A stretch of DNA of 64,000 bases from Mobula hypostoma (lineage: Eukaryota), in contig NC_086097.1 in NCBI RefSeq assembly GCF_963921235.1, positions 38,132,001 to 38,196,000 on the forward strand, in the 5' to 3' direction. Within the stretch, counting starts at the first letter, position 1. Each line of letters opens with the position of its first letter. The position numbers and the translations under genes were made by a program. The notes under the pieces were generated by a model. It was given only the letters and a program-made list of their open reading frames with translations. It ran no database searches and was not told the origin of the DNA. Positions 1 through 12,805 of this stretch are shown here, piece by piece.

Positions 1-398
1 AGTTGCATTTTAGTGCTCTGAGAGATTTACCAGAGCACGGAATGCATCAAGATAAAAATATAGCGATCAGTTCAATAGGTGAAATCATTTTTCAGTTCTG
101 TAGGCTTTCCCTTGGTCCCAATAGTTTCGACCTAATTCTTTTTTAATAGAATATACTGTTACAGTTGAGCTGTTTAAATCTGATAGGACAGTTGGACCCA
201 GTTCAATTTCCCCAGAGTGCCTAAAGAAATGGGCAAAATGTGCTAGCACACAAATTCAGCAAGGGTGATGTCTGTTGCAGTGAAGTGCTAGGAGGTAGTT
301 AGTTAAAGCTTCTTTGTCATTGCTGAGAACAACGAGGTTACAGTGCTATTCCAATCAGTGCAAAACAGCTTACTGGCAATTCAAGCACTAAAAACACG

Positions 399-1140
399 AT
401 GAATATATTTAAAAGGCAAGACTCTTGGCTGTGTGGAGGATCAGGGGTTCTTGGGGTCCGAGTCCATAGGACGCTCAAAACCACTGTGCAGATTGACTCT
501 GTGGTTAAGAAGGCATACGGTGCATTGGCCTTCATCAATCGTGGGATTGAGTTTAAGAGCCAAGAGGTAACGTTGCAGCTATATAGGACCCTGGTCAGAC
601 TCCCCTTGGAGTACCATGCTCAGATCTGGTCACCTCACTACAGGAAGGATGTGGAAACCATAGAAAGGGTGCAGAGGAGATTTACAAGGATGTTGCCTGG
701 ATTGGGGAGCATGCCTTATGAGAATAGGTTGAGTGAACTCAGCCTTTTCTTCTTGGAGTGATGAAGGATGAGAGGTGACCTGATAGAGGTGTAAAAGATA
801 ATGAGAGGCATTGATGGTGTGGACAGTCAGAGGCTTTTTCCCAGGGCTGAAATGGCTAGCCTGAGAGGGCACAGTTTTAAGGTACTTGGAAGTAGGTACA
901 GAGGAGATGTCAGGGGTAAGTTTTTTACGCAGAGAGTGGTGAGAGCGCGGAATGGGCTGCCGCAATGGTGGTAGAGGTGGAAACAATAGGGTCTTTTAAG
1001 AGACTCCAGGATAGGTACATGGAGCTTAGCAAAACAGAGGGCTATGGGTAACCCTAGGTAATTTCAAAGGTAAAGACATGTTCGGCCAAGCTTTATGGGC
1101 CGAAGGGCCTGTATTGTGCTGCAGGCTTTCTGTGTTTCTA
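399..1140 (+). mobile_element. CR1 LINE, 5'-truncated 3' fragment
   Basis: ORF2 C-terminal motifs LYRTLVR..LEY..QIWSP and IERVQRRFTRM, followed by a CR1-type 3' UTR and short-repeat tail. Confidence 0.9.
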
Positions 1141-1199
1141 AAATAACGTCTGAGTTATTTAGAGTGACATCTAAGTTACAACTGAATTTAAAAAAACAA

Positions 1200-2640
1200 C
1201 TCTAAAGTGAGGCTTTGTTTGGTTGCATGACAGCCCTGGGGAAAAAGCTGTTTCTGAGTCTGGATGCCCGTACTGGATGGGTGGAAATAGAACAGGCGAT
1301 TACTGGTGTGGGATGAGTCCATCATGATTTTGCAAGCCCAATGTAGACATCATGAGTTGCAGATGGTTTCCATATCTGGTAGTTGTGTCTCACTGATGTT
1401 CTGGGCAGTTCTGATCACTCGCTGAAGTGCTTTTTGGCCAATCTTCTTGCAGTTCGTGTACCATGCTGTCATGTAGTAGGTCAGCAGGCTCTCAGTTACA
1501 CATCGATAAAGGTTTACCAGCAGCATTGGAGGCAGATTTGCTCTCTTTAAACTCCTAAGATTGTATAGGCGCTGTTGAGCCTTCCCTACCGTCGAGGTGT
1601 TTGTGGTCCAGGTGAGCTCCTCTGTGATGTTCACTCCCAAAAACTTAAAGCTGGAGACCTTTTCCATTGGTTCACTGTTTGAGTAGTGGAGCTTATTCAT
1701 TTGATTACCTGAAACTGATCATCATTTCTTTGGTTTTTTAAATGCTGAGTGAAAGATTATGGTTATTGCACCATTCAGACAGTTTCTGCATCTCCTCCCT
1801 CTATGCTGTTTCATTGTTATTTGTAATTAATCCAATCACTGCGGTGTCATCTGCAAATTTGGTGGCACAGGCAGGGGCACAGTCATGGGTGAAAAAGTTG
1901 TAAAAGACTGGGTGCAGTACACATCCCTGCAGTGCATTGGTGTTCAGGGTCAGGGAGGTCGATGTGTACTTGCCTAGTCTGACTGGGTGTGATTGGCAAG
2001 GAGGTTCAGAGTCCAGTTGCAAATTCATGTATTGAGTTCCAGATGGTGTAGTTCAATGGTGAACTTGTTGGAGAGTAGGACGTTGAAGGCAGAACTTTAG
2101 TTGATTAAAAAAAACTTTCTGGCATTGATGTCTTTATGGTCCAGGTGTTCCAGTACGATGTGGAGAATGACGGAGATGATGTCCTCGGGTGATCTGATTC
2201 CCTTATAGGTAATTGGTGCTGGTCCAGAGTAGCAGGGATGGCATTCTTAATGTGTTTTCTCCAGGCACTCAGGGGCTACGGGAGTGAGAGCAACCGTCTG
2301 TAGTCATTGGGGCGCATTGCCGCTGACGGCTTTGGGATTGTTATTGATGTTTTGAAACGTGTAGGGACCACAGCAAGGGTCAGAGAGGTGTTATAGATTT
2401 CAGTAAGAACCTCTACCAGGTGGTCAGCACAGTTCCTGAGAACCCGCCCGGGTACGCCGTCTGGTTCAGCTGCTCTGCATGTGTTAATATTGCAGAGAGT
2501 ACGTCTCACCTCGTGTGTGATCGGTGTCAGCGCTGTGCCCCCCTCAGGTGGAACGGCCTTGATCACTGGTTCAGTGTTGTCTCTGTCAAACCTAGCAAAG
2601 AAGTTGTTTAGCTCCTCAGCTAGTGTGGCTTCATCATTTA
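1200..2640 (-). mobile_element. Rex1/Babar-like LINE, decayed RT region
   Basis: ELNNFFARFD, GPDG-like motif, QGCVL, KFADDT, FKFLGV and AQQRLY motifs across frameshifted ORFs. Confidence 0.85.
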
Positions 2641-2649
2641 TAACTAGGA

Positions 2650-3870
2650 TCAAGGATCAACTTTATTCGCAATATAGATTTACATGTATTAGGAGTTTGC
2701 TGGGGTGTTGGCATGACGTGCAACAGAAAACAGCAACTCAACGATTATAAAGAACAAAGGATCACACAGAAATAGGTTAGAAGTTAAAGTACGAACATGC
2801 AATAAAATGTGCATCAGTATATCAATACCAGCATGTACCTACAATGTAAACAGCATTATATAAAGTGGATTAAAGTGTTTACAGTGCATTGGAGTCACTG
2901 AGGTAATAGGTAGAGGGGGGCTAACTACAATGATTGATCAGATTAACTGCCTGGGGAAAAAATCTTTTAAGGTGGTGTGAAGTATTTCTTTTAATCGCCC
3001 TAATAGCACTTTCCAGAGGGGAGCTTTTAGAAAAGGCAGTTTGCAGGGGGTGAGTAGTGTCTGCAATAATTTTTCCTGCCCCCTTCTTTGTCCTGTATAC
3101 ATACAAGTCCTGTAGTATTAGCAGACTGAAGAAGAAGAAGAAAGCCCTTAACCTCGAGTGGAGTCATCGGAATGCCGTCATGACGGCATTTTTTTATTAG
3201 CAGGCTTTCTTATTTTTACGAAGCTGAGTTGTTAGCTCGACCTACAGTTTAACTAAGTTGGGGGGGGGGCTGTAGGACATAAACAGCACATACGGGAGGG
3301 GTGAGGGGAGGGTAGGGCTGGGAAGGGGAAAGGAGATGGGGTGGTAGTGTTTCCTTTGCTTTTTGCATGTTTACTAAACACATTCATTTGACTTTCATTA
3401 CGTTGTTATAAGAAAGAAAAGGAAAAAGAAGCATTGTACTTTAGGACGTCGTCGGTTGTGGTTAAGCTGATGTTGCTTCACAATAAAAGCGTTTGAAAAC
3501 CAAGTTGCTAGCTCAACGCTCAACCCAGCACGGATGGAAAGCGTGCAAGGGAGCCAGCTGGATTCAAATTCGGGAACTTTTGCTCCGAAGTCTGGCACTG
3601 ATGCCACTGCGCCAACAGCCAACTTAATGGTGGACTGCAGCCAGTGACTTTTCCTGCTGACCTGATAGTTGGTTCATTGTGGTTTTCGTATATTGTGAGA
3701 GGATGCTGCACTGAACCAGACAGTAATGGCTGATGTGAGGATGCTCTCTGTGATGGCAGTGCAGAATTGCACCAGTGTGTTCTGAGGAAGATGGAATTTT
3801 ACCATTTGTTCAAGAAGTACCTCCTCTGCTGAGTCTTTGTGTTAATGAAGAAGCTATCAGATGAAGAGTA
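2650..3870 (-). mobile_element. Second Rex1-like LINE 3' fragment, interrupted by a SINE
   Basis: KIIADTTHP...FFPQAVNLIN C-terminus at 2921-3106; coding-like sequence resumes at about 3628. Confidence 0.7.
3129..3625 (-). mobile_element. tRNA-derived SINE with (TTC)n tail, itself interrupted by a 264-bp insertion (3239-3502)
   Basis: Minus-strand A box TGGCGCAGTGG (3604-3614) and B-box-like ATTTGAATCC (3560-3569). The nested insert is flanked by agttg(t/c)tagctc at 3227-3238 and 3503-3514 and ends with AATAAA. Confidence 0.7.
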
Positions 3871-3927
3871 ACACAGTTATTAAGCATGTCTTGTATGAGA
3901 AACATGTTGTAAATTGCCTCTTATTTT

Positions 3928-6900
3928 AGAACCATAGAACACTACAGCACAGAAAACAGGCCATTCGGCTCTTCTAGTCTGTGCCGAAACTTTATTCTGC
4001 TAGTCCCATTGACCTGCACCCAGTCCTTAACCCTCCAGACCTCTCCCATCCATGTATCTATCCAATTTATTCTTAAAACTTAAGAGTGACCCCGCATTTA
4101 CCACATCAGCTGGCAGCTCGTTCCACACTCCCACCACTCTCTGAGTGAAGAAGTTCCCCCTAAACCTTTCCCCTTTCACCTAAAGCAATGTCCTCTCGTA
4201 TTTATCTCTCCTAATCTAAGTGGAAAGAGCCTACTCGCATTTACTCTGTCTATACCCCTCATAATTTTGTAAACCTCTATTAAACGCCCCCTCATTTTTC
4301 TACGCTCCAAGGAATAAAGTCCTAACCTGTTCAATCTTTCCCTGTAACTCAACTCCTGAAGACCTAGCAACCTCCTAGTAAATCTTCTCTGCAATCTTTC
4401 AATCTTACTGATATCCTTCCTATAGTTAGGTGACCAGAACTGCACGCAGTACTCCAAATTTGGCCTCACCAATGTCTTATACAACCTGACCATAACATCC
4501 CAACTCCTATACTCAATACTTTGATTTATGAATGCCAGGATGCCAAAAGCCGCCTTTACCACCCTGTCCACCTGTGACGCCACTTTCAGGGAATTATGTA
4601 TCTGAACTCCCAGATCCCTTTGTTCCTCCGCATTCCTCAGTGCCCTACCATTTACTGTGTATGTCCTACCTTCCAAAATGCAACACCTCACACTCGTCTG
4701 CATTAAATTCCATCTGCCATTTTCCGGCCCATTTTTCCAGTTGGTCCAGATCCCTCTGCAAGCTTTGAAAGCCTTCCTCGCTGTCCACAACACCTCCAAT
4801 CTTAGTGTCATCAGCAAACTTGCTGATCCAATTTACCACAGCCTTTCCTTCAACTACTTTCTTGGTAACCTCCTCTAAAAACTCTACAACATTCATTAAA
4901 CAGGATCTATCACACACAAAGCCATGCTGACTATCCTTAATCAGCCCTTGGCTGTCCAAATACTTGTATATCCGATCTCTCAGAACACCTTCCAATAATT
5001 TACCTACAACTGATGTCAGGCTCATCGGCCTGTAATTACCTGGTTTACTTTTGGAGCCTTTTTTAAACAACGGAACAACATGAGCTACCCTCCAATCCTC
5101 CGGCACAGCACCCGTGGCTAAGACATTTTAAATATTTCTGCCAGGGCCCCTGCAATTTCTACGCTAGTCTCTCTCAAGGTCCGAGGAAGTAGCATGTCAG
5201 GTCCAAGGAAATAGCATGTCAGGCCCGGGGGATTTATCTACCTTTATTCACTGTAAGGCAGCAAGCATCTCCTCCTCTTTAATCTCTGTATGTTCCATGA
5301 CACTACTGATTGTTTCCCTTCCTTCCATATACGCTATGCCAGTTTCCTGAGTAAATACTGATGCAAAAAAGCTGTTTAAGATCTTCCCCCATCTCGTGAG
5401 GCTCCACACATAGACGACCCCTCTTATCTTATAGGGGACCAATTTTGTCCGTTACTATCCTTTTACTCTTAATATACTTGTGGAAACCCTTGGGGTTTAC
5501 CTTCACATTATCTGCCAAAGCAACCTCGTCTTCTTTTTGCCTTCTTGATTTCCTCCTTTAGTTTTTTTTTTACATTTTCTATAATCTTCAAGTGCCTCAT
5601 TTGTTCTTTGTTGCCTATACCTGCTATACATCTTTCTCTTTTTCTTAACCAGATCACCAATATCCCTTGAAAACCAAGGCCTGTTAACTCTGCCGTTAAT
5701 CCTGGCAGGAACATGCAAACTCTGCACTCTCAAAATTTTGCCTTTGAAGGCCTTCCACTTACTGAACACATCCTTGCCAGAAAACAACTTATCCCAATCC
5801 ACTCTTCCTAGCTCCTTTCTCATTTCCACAGAATTGGCCCTTCTCCAATTTAGAACCTCAACTTGAGGACGAGCCCTATCCTTATCCATGAGTAACTTGA
5901 AACTAATGACATTATGGTCACTGGATCCAAAATGTTCACCTACACATACTTCTGACACCTGACCTGTCTGGTACCCTAATAGGAGATCAAGTATTGCATC
6001 CTCTCTCGTAGGTACCTCTATATGTTGATTTTTGAAACTTTCCTGGACACATTTGACAAACTCCAAGCCATCTAGCCCTTTCACAGTGTGGGAGTCCCAG
6101 TCAATATGTGGAAAGTTAAAATCCCCTACTATTACAACTTCCTGTTTCTTCCTGTGTCTGCTCTCTCTCTACAGATTTGCTCCTCCAATTCTCTCTGACT
6201 ATTGGGCGGTCTATAATACAACCCTGTTAGTGTGGTCACACCTTTTCCGTTACTCAGCTCCACCCATATGGCCTCTGTAGGCAAGCCCTCCAGGCTATCC
6301 TGTCTACACACAGCTGTGATATTCTCCCTGACTAATAATGCCACTCCTCCCCCTTTCATCCCTCCCCCTCTGTCACGTCTGAAACAACGGAATCCTGGAA
6401 CATTAAACTGCCAGTCCTGCCCCTCCTGCAGCCAAGTCTCACTAATAGCAATAATGTCATAATCCCACGTGCCACTCCACACCCTAAGCTCATCTGCCTT
6501 ACCTACAATACTCCTTGCATTGAAATAGATGCACCTGAGAACATTTCTATCATGTACAAACCTTTGATTTCTATCTATACATGTAGCCCTCGCATGACCT
6601 TTATCCTCCTCCACCTCACTTTCTGCTCTAACACTCTGGTTCCCCTCCCCCTGCAAATCTAGTTTAAACACCCCGGAGCAGCACGAGCAAATCTACCCGC
6701 GAGGATGTTAGTCCCCATCGGAACAGGTCCCATCTTCCCTGGAACAAAGCCCAATTGTCCAGAAACATGAAGCCTCCCCTCCTGCACCATCTCCTTAGTC
6801 ACGTATTTAGCTACATTACTATTTCTATTTCTAGCCTCACTAGCACGTGGCACGGGTAGCAATCCTGAGAGTGCAACCCTGGAGGTCCTGTCCTTCAACT

Positions 6901-7535
6901 TTTTCCTAACTCCCTAAACTCTCTTTGTAGGACCTCCTCCTCTTCCTATCCATGTCATTGGTCTCTACATGGACCACGACATCTGGCTGCTCACCCTCCC
7001 TCTTGAGAATACCAAGATCTCAGTCTGAGATATCGCGGACCCTGGCACCAGGGAGGGAACAGACCATCCGGGATTCTCAATCTCTCCCACAGAACCTCTT
7101 ATCTGTCCCCCTAACTATCAAATCCCCTATCACTACTGCTCTCCTCTTTTCCCTCCTTCCTTTCTGAGCTGAGGGTCCCGTCTCAGTGCCAGAGAGGTGA
7201 CCACTACAACTTGTCCCTGGTAGGTTGTCCCCACCAGCAGTATCCAAAACGGTATACCTATTGTTGATGGGAACGGCCACAGGGGTGCTCTGCTCATTCT
7301 GTCTGTTCCCCTTCGCTCTCCTGACAGCCACCCAGCAACCTGCCTCCTGACTTTGGGGGTGACTGTCTCCCTGAAACTCCTCTATTTCTGCCTCTGCCTC
7401 ACGAATGATCCGAAGTTCATCCAGCTCCAGCTCCAGTTCCCTAACTCGGTTTGTCAGGAGCTGCAGCTGGATGCACCTTTTACAGGTGTAGTCATCAGGG
7501 ACAATCGTGCTCACCCTGACTTCCCACATGCTGCC
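3928..7535 (-). mobile_element. Near full-length CR1 LINE (ORF1 zinc finger/zipper/esterase plus ORF2 endonuclease-RT), internally deleted
   Basis: ORF1 YTCKRCIQLQLL..RVRELELELDEL and VVIGD.IVRG; endonuclease NARSI, ISETW, GGGVALL, SDHN; RT NYRP.SLTS, QHGF, KFADDTK; CR1 3' tail at 3928. Confidence 0.93.
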
Positions 7536-8348
7536 ACCTTTCCCACATTTTAGGGAAACAGATGCCATATTGCTGAGTGTAATAATGTCAGTGCAGTAAA
7601 TGTATGCCAGAACTTGAGGAGGCACCAGGTCAGTTTTCAACTGAGGGTTGAAGCCAGTGCCATCGGTTTAGCATTCAGTGATGTAACAGGTAAGCTTGCA
7701 AACTTGCACAGGTACAAACACACCACACAGCACAGATAAACACTGAACCAGTCCTATTTAAAGAGGTTAAACACAACTTGTTACCTGCAGGTTGATTTCA
7801 TCTGGATTTTTCTGCTGTTGTACATGTGTTCTCTCTTTCAGTTTACTAAAGTTTTCAGAGCAGTGAGTCAGGTTCTTGCCACTAATTTCAGAATTTCTAT
7901 GCAAGTTGCCCTTGGATGTGGTTACATTAGTCGGCATACCTTTGGACTAAGTGGATGGCCGCAGAATACCAGAGATCACACTGAGCAGGAGGAGAAGGAA
8001 GACTGCAAATGGGGTGAATGGAAGTAGGGCTCTCACCACTCACTGGTTCTGTGCAGTTCAATTGACTGAACTGGGATAGAGCAACATTACACACATTCCT
8101 GGATGTCTTAACATGAGGTGCTCATGCAAGCCAGGAGACCTGAAGCTTGCCACACTGTTAAGTGTGTAAGAATATCATGAAGCATGTAGCTTTAAGCTAG
8201 GAGTCCTGATTTGATGATTGTTATTGGATAAATGACAGGCTTGCCGTGAATTTGGATGTGTGTAACATCAGAGAAGCAGTGGATAGAATAATGCATTTTC
8301 TCATAGGAAAGCACTGGATTCCTTGCAGCCTTGCATCTAGGTCATATA

Positions 8349-8888
8349 CACTCAGTGACTATTTTATTAGGTACACCTGTACACCTATTCTTAAATGCAA
8401 ATATCTAATCAGCCAACCCTGCGCCAGCAACTCAATGCATAAAAGCACGACGGCAAGGTCAAGAGGTTCAGTTGTTCTTCAGACCTAACATCAGAATTAG
8501 GATGAAATGTGACCAAAGTGACTTTGATAGTAGAATGATTGTTGGTGGCAGAAGGGGTATCTTAGAAGCTGCTGATCTCCTGAGATTTTCATGCGCAACA
8601 GTCTCTCGAGTTTACAGAGAATGGAGTGAAAACCAAAAATACATTCAGTGAGCGAGTAGCTGTTCTGTGGGAAGAAACTCCGTATTAATGAGAGAAGACT
8701 GAGGAGAATGGCCAGACTGGTTCAAGCTGACAGAAAGGTGAGACTAGCTCAAATAACCACAAGTAACAGTAGTCGTGTGCAGAAAAGCATGTCTTGACAC
8801 ACTGCATGTCGAACCTTGAAGTGGATGGGCGAAAGCAGAAGACCACACTGGGTTCCACTCCTGTGACTAACAACGTTGCCATTGAGTG
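8349..8888 (+). mobile_element. Internally deleted Tc1/mariner DNA transposon (540 bp)
   Basis: Degenerate inverted termini cactcagtgactattttattag / ctaacaacgttgccattgagtg, with TA on both sides (8347-8348, 8889-8890). The interior resembles a Tc1 transposase N-terminus. Confidence 0.8.
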
Positions 8889-10298
8889 TAAATCTGGCAC
8901 TGCCCTTTGCATTGTGCTCTCACTGTCATTTAACCATATGCTGGAAGAGCCAGCTGTTGCTCTTTGAAAACAGCCTATCCATCCTAAATTCATCTTTTTC
9001 AGTAAGGCCTGCATTCCATTTTGCAAAGAGCTTGTTCATTTGCATTATGGAGCCTTGCACAGTTTCCTAGGCCGGCTTCTTTAACTGCTGCTAGCTGTTC
9101 ATTATGTTAACCACATGATGATGCAAGCACCCAATCAACTGTGTATTGATGCTAATGAGTATTATGCAAATGAGAAGGCAACATGAAATTGGGAGGCTGC
9201 CTCCAGTTCAGTCAGTGGGTTTGGTTAATTGCACATCATGATCTTCAAACCTGTTTTGAGGCTTGACTTGACTGACTTAATTGATTTATTTGAGAAAATG
9301 TCTATCAAAGTGGACAATAATATTCCTAGGAATATGTTGCATTCCCTGACTGAAACAACTTTTTAGGAAGTGCCACAAATGAGGCTGTTAAATAAGGATA
9401 GTCCATATGTCTTAATTGAACAGTTATACTAGATAGCTAATCCATTAAGTTTTATAGGCTGGGGATTGGTACTAATGTGATTGAATCTGGTCAGACCATG
9501 ATTGAATGGAGCCTCATAAATTTCCATGCTTTGGCTGCATCTGTTTTATTTAGATTAGGACATGAATGATATCATCCTTGTATCCACAATTGACAAATAA
9601 ATAGAGATTTATCAAAATGAATTTGGAAAATGGGTCTTTTGAGGAGGATGCCTTTAGTATCCACAACACTGGGTACAATTGCACCATCTGAGAATGATCA
9701 GTAATAGATATGATATATCAAAAAAGAGATCTGAACTTGATTGGTGACTTTGAAACAAAAAGAAATGAATTGGCTGTAGGATAGGCAACCAGGGTTAATA
9801 GAAAGTAGCTGGTTAAATATAATGGGGGAAAAGAACAAAATCAAACGGGAAAAAGCATTCTAAAGCAAAGATGACACACCAGAAGACAAATTAAAACCAA
9901 CTTAAGAGCCAAAGAGAGGGCATATAATAGAGCAAAAATGAGTGGGAAGCAAGAGGATTGGGAAGCTTCTTAAAAACCAACAGAAGGCAACTAAAAAAAG
10001 TCATTTAGAAGGTAAAGATGGAATGTGAAAGTAATAAGGAAGAGGATACCAGAAGTTTCTTTAGATACATTAAGTGTAAAAGAGAGGCAAGAGTGCATAT
10101 TGAACCACTGGAAAATAATGCTGGAGAGGTAGTAATGGGGGACAACAAAATGGCGGACAAACTGAATAAGTATTTTGCATCAGTCTCCACCGTGGAAAAC
10201 ACTACCAGTGTGGTGGAAGTTCCAGGTGTCAGGTCATGAAGTGTGTGAAGTTACCATAACTAGAGAAAGTTCTTGGGAAACCAAAAGGTCTAAAGGTA

Positions 10299-10388
10299 AC
10301 ACACATCAAAGTTGCTGGTGAACGCAGCAGGCCAGGCAGCATCTGTAGGAAGAGGTGCAGTCGACGTTTCAGGCCGAGACCCTTCGTC
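10299..10388 (-). mobile_element. Penelope-terminus mini-element with hammerhead-like core
   Basis: Perfect 13-bp TSD aggtctaaaggta (10286-10298, 10389-10401). Minus strand reads CTGACGA AGGGTCTCGGCCT GAAA CGTC GACTG. Confidence 0.88.
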
Positions 10389-10477
10389 AGGTCTAAAGGT
10401 AGGTAGGTCACCTGGACCAGATGATATATACCCGAGTACTGAAGGAGATGGCTGAAGAGATTGTGAAGGCATTAGTA

Positions 10478-10929
10478 GAAACATAGAAACATAGAAAATA
10501 GGTGCAGGAGTAGGCCATTCAGCCCTTTGAGCCTGCACCGCCTATTATTATTATCATGGCTGATCATCCAACTCAGAACCCTGCACCAGCCTTCCCTCCA
10601 TACCCCCTGATCCCCGTAGCCACAAGGGCCATATCTAACTCCCTCTTAAATATAGCCAATGAACTGGCCTCAACTGTTTCCTGTGGCAGAGAATTCCACA
10701 GATTCACCACTCTCTGTGTGAAGAAGTTTTTCCTAATCTCAGTCCTAAAAGGCTTCCCCCTTATCCTCAAGCTGTGACCCCTCGTTCTGGACTTCCCCAA
10801 CATCGGGAACAATCTTCCTGCATCTAGCCTGTCCAATCCCTTTAGGATTTTATATGTTTCAATCAGATCCCCCCTCAATCTTCTAAATTCCAACGAGTAC
10901 AAGCCTAGTTCATCCAGTCTTTCTTCATA
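10478..10929 (-). mobile_element. Young CR1 3' fragment nested in an older CR1
   Basis: Intact ORF end YEERLDELGLYSLEFRRLRGDLIE...FFTQRVVNLWNSLP with a repeated aaacatag tail. Confidence 0.9.
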
Positions 10930-12805
10930 GTAATGATCTTTCAACGATCACTAGCTTCTGGAATAGTTCCAGAAGACTGAAAAATTGCAAATGGTACTCC
11001 ACTCTTCAAGAAGGGAGAGAGGCAGAAGAAAGTAAGAAATTAGTCTGACCTCAGTGGTTGGGAAGATGTTGGAGTGGATTTTTAAAGATGAGGTTTAAGG
11101 GTATTTGGAGGCACATAATAGGCAGTAGACGGCCTGGTTTCCTCGAGGGAAAATCTTGCCTGATAAATCTGTTGGAATTCCTTGAAGAAATAATGAGCAG
11201 GATAGAAAAGGAGAATTGGCTGATGTTGTATACTTAGATTTTCAGAAGGCCTTTGACAAGGTGCCACAGAAGAAGTGCTTAACAAATTATGAGCCTATTG
11301 TGTTACAGGAAAGATTCTAGCAAGGATAAAGCAGTGGCTGATTGGCAGGAGGCAAAGAGTGGGAATAAAGGAAGCCTTTTCTGGTTGGCTGCTGGTGACT
11401 GGTGGTGTTCCACAGGGGTCTGTGTTGGGACCAATTCTTTTTACGTTATATGTCAATGATTTGGATGATGCAATTGATGGCTTTGTTGCAAAGTTTACAG
11501 ACGATATGAAGATAGGTGGAGGGATAGGTAGTTTTGAGGAAGTAGAGAGGCTACAAAAGAGACAGATTAGGAGAATCGGCAAAGAAATAGCAAATGGAAT
11601 ACAGTGTCGGGAAGTGTATGGTCAAACACTTTGGTAGAAGAAATGAAAGGGTTGACTATTTTCTAACTAGAGAGAAAATACAAAAACTGAAGTGTAAAAT
11701 GACTGGGGGGTGCGAGTGCAGGATCCCCTAAAGGTGAGTTTGCAGGTTGAGTCTGTGATGAGGAAGGCAAATGCAATGTTAGCATTTATTTCAAGAGGAC
11801 TAGAATATTAAAGCAAGGGCATAATGTTAAAACCTAATAAAGTACTGGTGAGGCCTCACTTGGAGTATTTTGAGAATTTTGGGCCCTTATCTTAGAAAGA
11901 TGTGCTGAAACTAGAGAGGGTTCAGTGGAGATCCACGAAAATAACTCCACGATTGAATGGCTTGTCATATGAAGAGCATTTGATGGCTGTGTGCCTGTAT
12001 TCACTGGAATTCCGAAGAATGAGGGGTGACCTAATTGAAACCTATCTAATGGTGAAAGGACTTGATAGAATGGATGTGGAGATGATATTTCCTATGGTGG
12101 GAGGGTCTGGACCAGATGACACAGCATCAGAATACAGTGGTGTCCTTTTGGAACGGAGATGAGGAAGAATTTCTTTACCCAGAGAATGATGAATCTATGG
12201 AATTCTTTGCCACAGGCAGCTGTGGAGGCCAAGTCTTTATGTGTGTTTAAGGCAGAGTTTGATAAATGCTTGAATCGTCAGGGCATGAAGAGATACGGGG
12301 AGAAGGCAAGAGATTGGGGCTGAGAGGAAAAATGGATCAGCCATGATGAAATGGCAGAGCAGACTCCATAGGCCAAATGGCCTAATTCTGCTCCTATACC
12401 ATCATGTCCTGGGTGAAGGGGGTCCTTAATGATGGATACCACCTTTCTGAGGCATCACTCCTTGAAGATGTCCTGGATGCTATGGAGGCTAGTGCCCGTG
12501 ATGGAGCTGACTGAGTTCACAGCTTTCTGCAGCTTCTTTCAATCCTGTGCAGGAGATTGGGGCTGAGAGAAAAATTGAATCAGTCATGATGAAATGGCAA
12601 AGCTGACTCAATGGGCCAAATGGCCTGATTCTGCTCCTATATCTTGTGGTCAATTGAATGTTTAATATGTAATGTTCTGATGTATCCACCCTTTGTAATG
12701 CCTTTTGTGATTCTGATTCTCACATAATCTTTTGGAATGAGATATTAAACTAAACATTTTTGTTCTGCTAGCTGATTATAGGAGATCCCCAAGCACTATT
12801 TAAAA

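Larger units (their letters stand above)
9850..12405 (+). mobile_element. CR1 LINE (RT and 3' end) with two nested insertions
   Basis: LNKYFASV, GVPQGSVLGP, KFTDD and ERVQWR motifs; interrupted at 10299-10388 and 10478-10929. Confidence 0.9.

Noticed and set aside
3560..3614. tRNA gene
   Set aside because: The A and B boxes belong to a SINE head; no cloverleaf or acceptor stem is evident.
9121..9186. ATGCAAGCA as the start of the RTN1-C first exon (MQA...)
   Set aside because: The following codons do not resemble the RTN1-C N-terminus, and the frame stops without a suitable donor.
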